DNA of 64,000 nucleotides from the human T2T-CHM13v2.0 reference genome, Homo sapiens, in the NCBI RefSeq assembly GCF_009914755.1, contig NC_060928.1; one strand, written 5' to 3'. Positions 62,301 through 64,000 of this stretch are shown here, in pieces. The notes beneath the pieces were generated by a model. The model worked only from the letters and a program-made list of their open reading frames with translations, was not told the origin of the DNA and made no database searches. The position numbers and the translations under genes are program-made. Position 1 is the first letter of the stretch; every line of letters begins with the position of its first letter.

Positions 62301-64000
62301 TTCCATCCAATTCCATACCACTCCTCTCCTCTCCCCACCACTCCACTCCCGTCCACTTCATTCCATTCGATTCCATCCCATTCCATTCCATTCGACTCCA
62401 CTCCTCACCACTCCGCTCCACTCCATTTCATTCCATTGCTTTCCACTGCATTCCATTCCACTCCACTCCACTGCATACCATTCCATTCCTTTCCACTCCA
62501 TTCCGTTCCATTCCTCACATTTGACAGGATGTCACTCTGTCACCCAGTCTGCACTGCAGTGACGGAATCTCCGCTTACATTTCATTTCACTATTCCATTC
62601 CATTCCATTCCTCTCCACTCCACTCCACTCCATTCCGTTCCATTACATTCCACTCCTTTCCACTCCAGTCCATTCTATTCCACTCGACTCCACTCCATTC
62701 CATTCCATCCCTTTCCATTACACTGCAGTCCACTCCACACCACTCCACTCACTGCACTCCATTCCATTCCACTCCATCCCATTCCATTCCACTCCATTCC
62801 ACTCCACACCACTGCACTCCACCCAGCTCCACTCCACTCCATTCCATTCCATTCCTTTCTTTCGACAGCATCTCAACCTCTCAACCAGACTGGCAGGCAG
62901 TGGCACAAACTCAGCTCACATTTCCTTTCACCACTCCATTCCATTCTATTCCATTCCATTCCATTCCATTCCACTGCATTCCATTCCATTCCTTTCCATT
63001 CCGTTCCATTTCACTCCACTCCATTCCACTCTACTCCACTCCAATCCACTCCACTCCTCTTCACTCCATGGCATTCAATTCCATTCCACTCCATTCCACT
63101 CTACACCACTCCAATCCACTACTTGGCACTCCACTCCATGCCATTCCTTTCCATCACATTCCATTACACTGCATTCCACTAGAATCCACTCCTCCCCACT
63201 TCACTCCTTTCCATTCCATACAATTCCACTCTATTCCATTCCTTTCTTTCCACACGATCTCACTCTGCCACAAAGGCTGGCGTGCAGTGGCACAATCTCA
63301 GCTCAAATTTCTTTCCACCATTCACTTGCATTCCATTCCATCCCATTCTATTTCACTCCAGTCCCCTCCACTCCATTCAATTTCACTCCATCCCATTCCA
63401 TTCCATTCCATTTCACTCCAATCCACTCCACTCCACTCCACTCCACTCCCCTCCACTCCATTACTTTCCATTCCATTCCATTTCACTCTGTTGCATTCCA
63501 TTCCTTTCTTTCGACAAGATATCACTGTGTCACCCAGGATGCAGTGCAGTGGCACAATCTCAGCTCACATTACATGTCAACTTTCCATTGCATTGCATTC
63601 CAAAACATTCAATTCCATTCCAATTTATTCCATTCAATTCCTTTCATTTCAATTCCATTCCACTTCGTTCCACTCCACTCCACTCCACTACATTCTATTA
63701 CATCCAATTCCATTCCACTCAATTCCACTCCTCTCCACTCCGTTGCACTCCACTCCTTTCCACCCCATTCCACTCCATTCCACTGCACTCCACTCCACCC
63801 CACTCCACTCCACTTCCTTCCATTCCATTCCATTCTATTCCATTCCTCGCCATTCCACTCCATTCCATTTCACTCCACTCCACTCCACTCCAGTCCACTC
63901 CATTCCATTCCATTCCACTGCATTCCATTCCATTCCTTTCTTTCGAGAGTATATCACTGTGTGACCTAGCCTGGAGCACTGTGGCACAATCTCAGCTCAC
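53318..64000 (+). repeat. HSat3-like pentameric satellite (CATTC mixed with CACTC) punctuated by antisense Alu 3'-end fragments; continues past the window end
   Basis: Continuous diverged CCATT/CCACT pentamers with only sporadic CATTCGATTC, so not typical HSat2. There are 29 interspersed copies of ~GACAGGATCTCACTCTGTCACCCAGGCTGGAGTGCAGTGGCACAATCTCAGCTCAC. Confidence 0.93.

Noticed and set aside
53269-63979. Many long ORFs (up to 641 aa) of HSIPF/STPLH or MEWNG repeats
   Set aside because: CATTC/CACTC pentamers and their complements rarely contain stop codons, so overlapping ORFs appear in all frames. There is no coding evidence.
53483-64000. CRISPR-like appearance of a conserved repeat separated by variable spacers
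   Set aside because: The repeat is Alu-derived, the spacers are satellite of variable length, there are no cas genes, and the DNA is primate.

Overview
This is primate, most likely human, pericentromeric-type DNA with no protein-coding gene I can recognise. Bases 1-53.3 kb are AT-rich and dense in transposon fossils. They include a nested HERV-K stack (an HML-3/MER9 provirus inside an HML-1/LTR14A provirus inside an old L1), a full-length but dead L1PA4-like element with its target-site duplication (TSD), several truncated L1PAs (one with a short 3' transduction), seven Alus, Tigger/MER DNA transposons, a degraded hAT-Charlie transposase and a CR1/L3 relic. At about 53.32 kb the sequence switches through a tailless internal L1 fragment into a CATTC/CACTC (HSat3-like) satellite that runs to the end of the window. 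The satellite is composite: I count 29 same-orientation copies of a ~58-nt antisense Alu 3'-end fragment, which mark the monomers and reveal ~2.0 kb and ~4.5 kb higher-order duplications. Most of these fragments carry a polypyrimidine-CAG|G acceptor-like site and a 12-nt motif complementary to the flanking pentamers. Repeat family names come from recalled consensus sequences, not from a database search.
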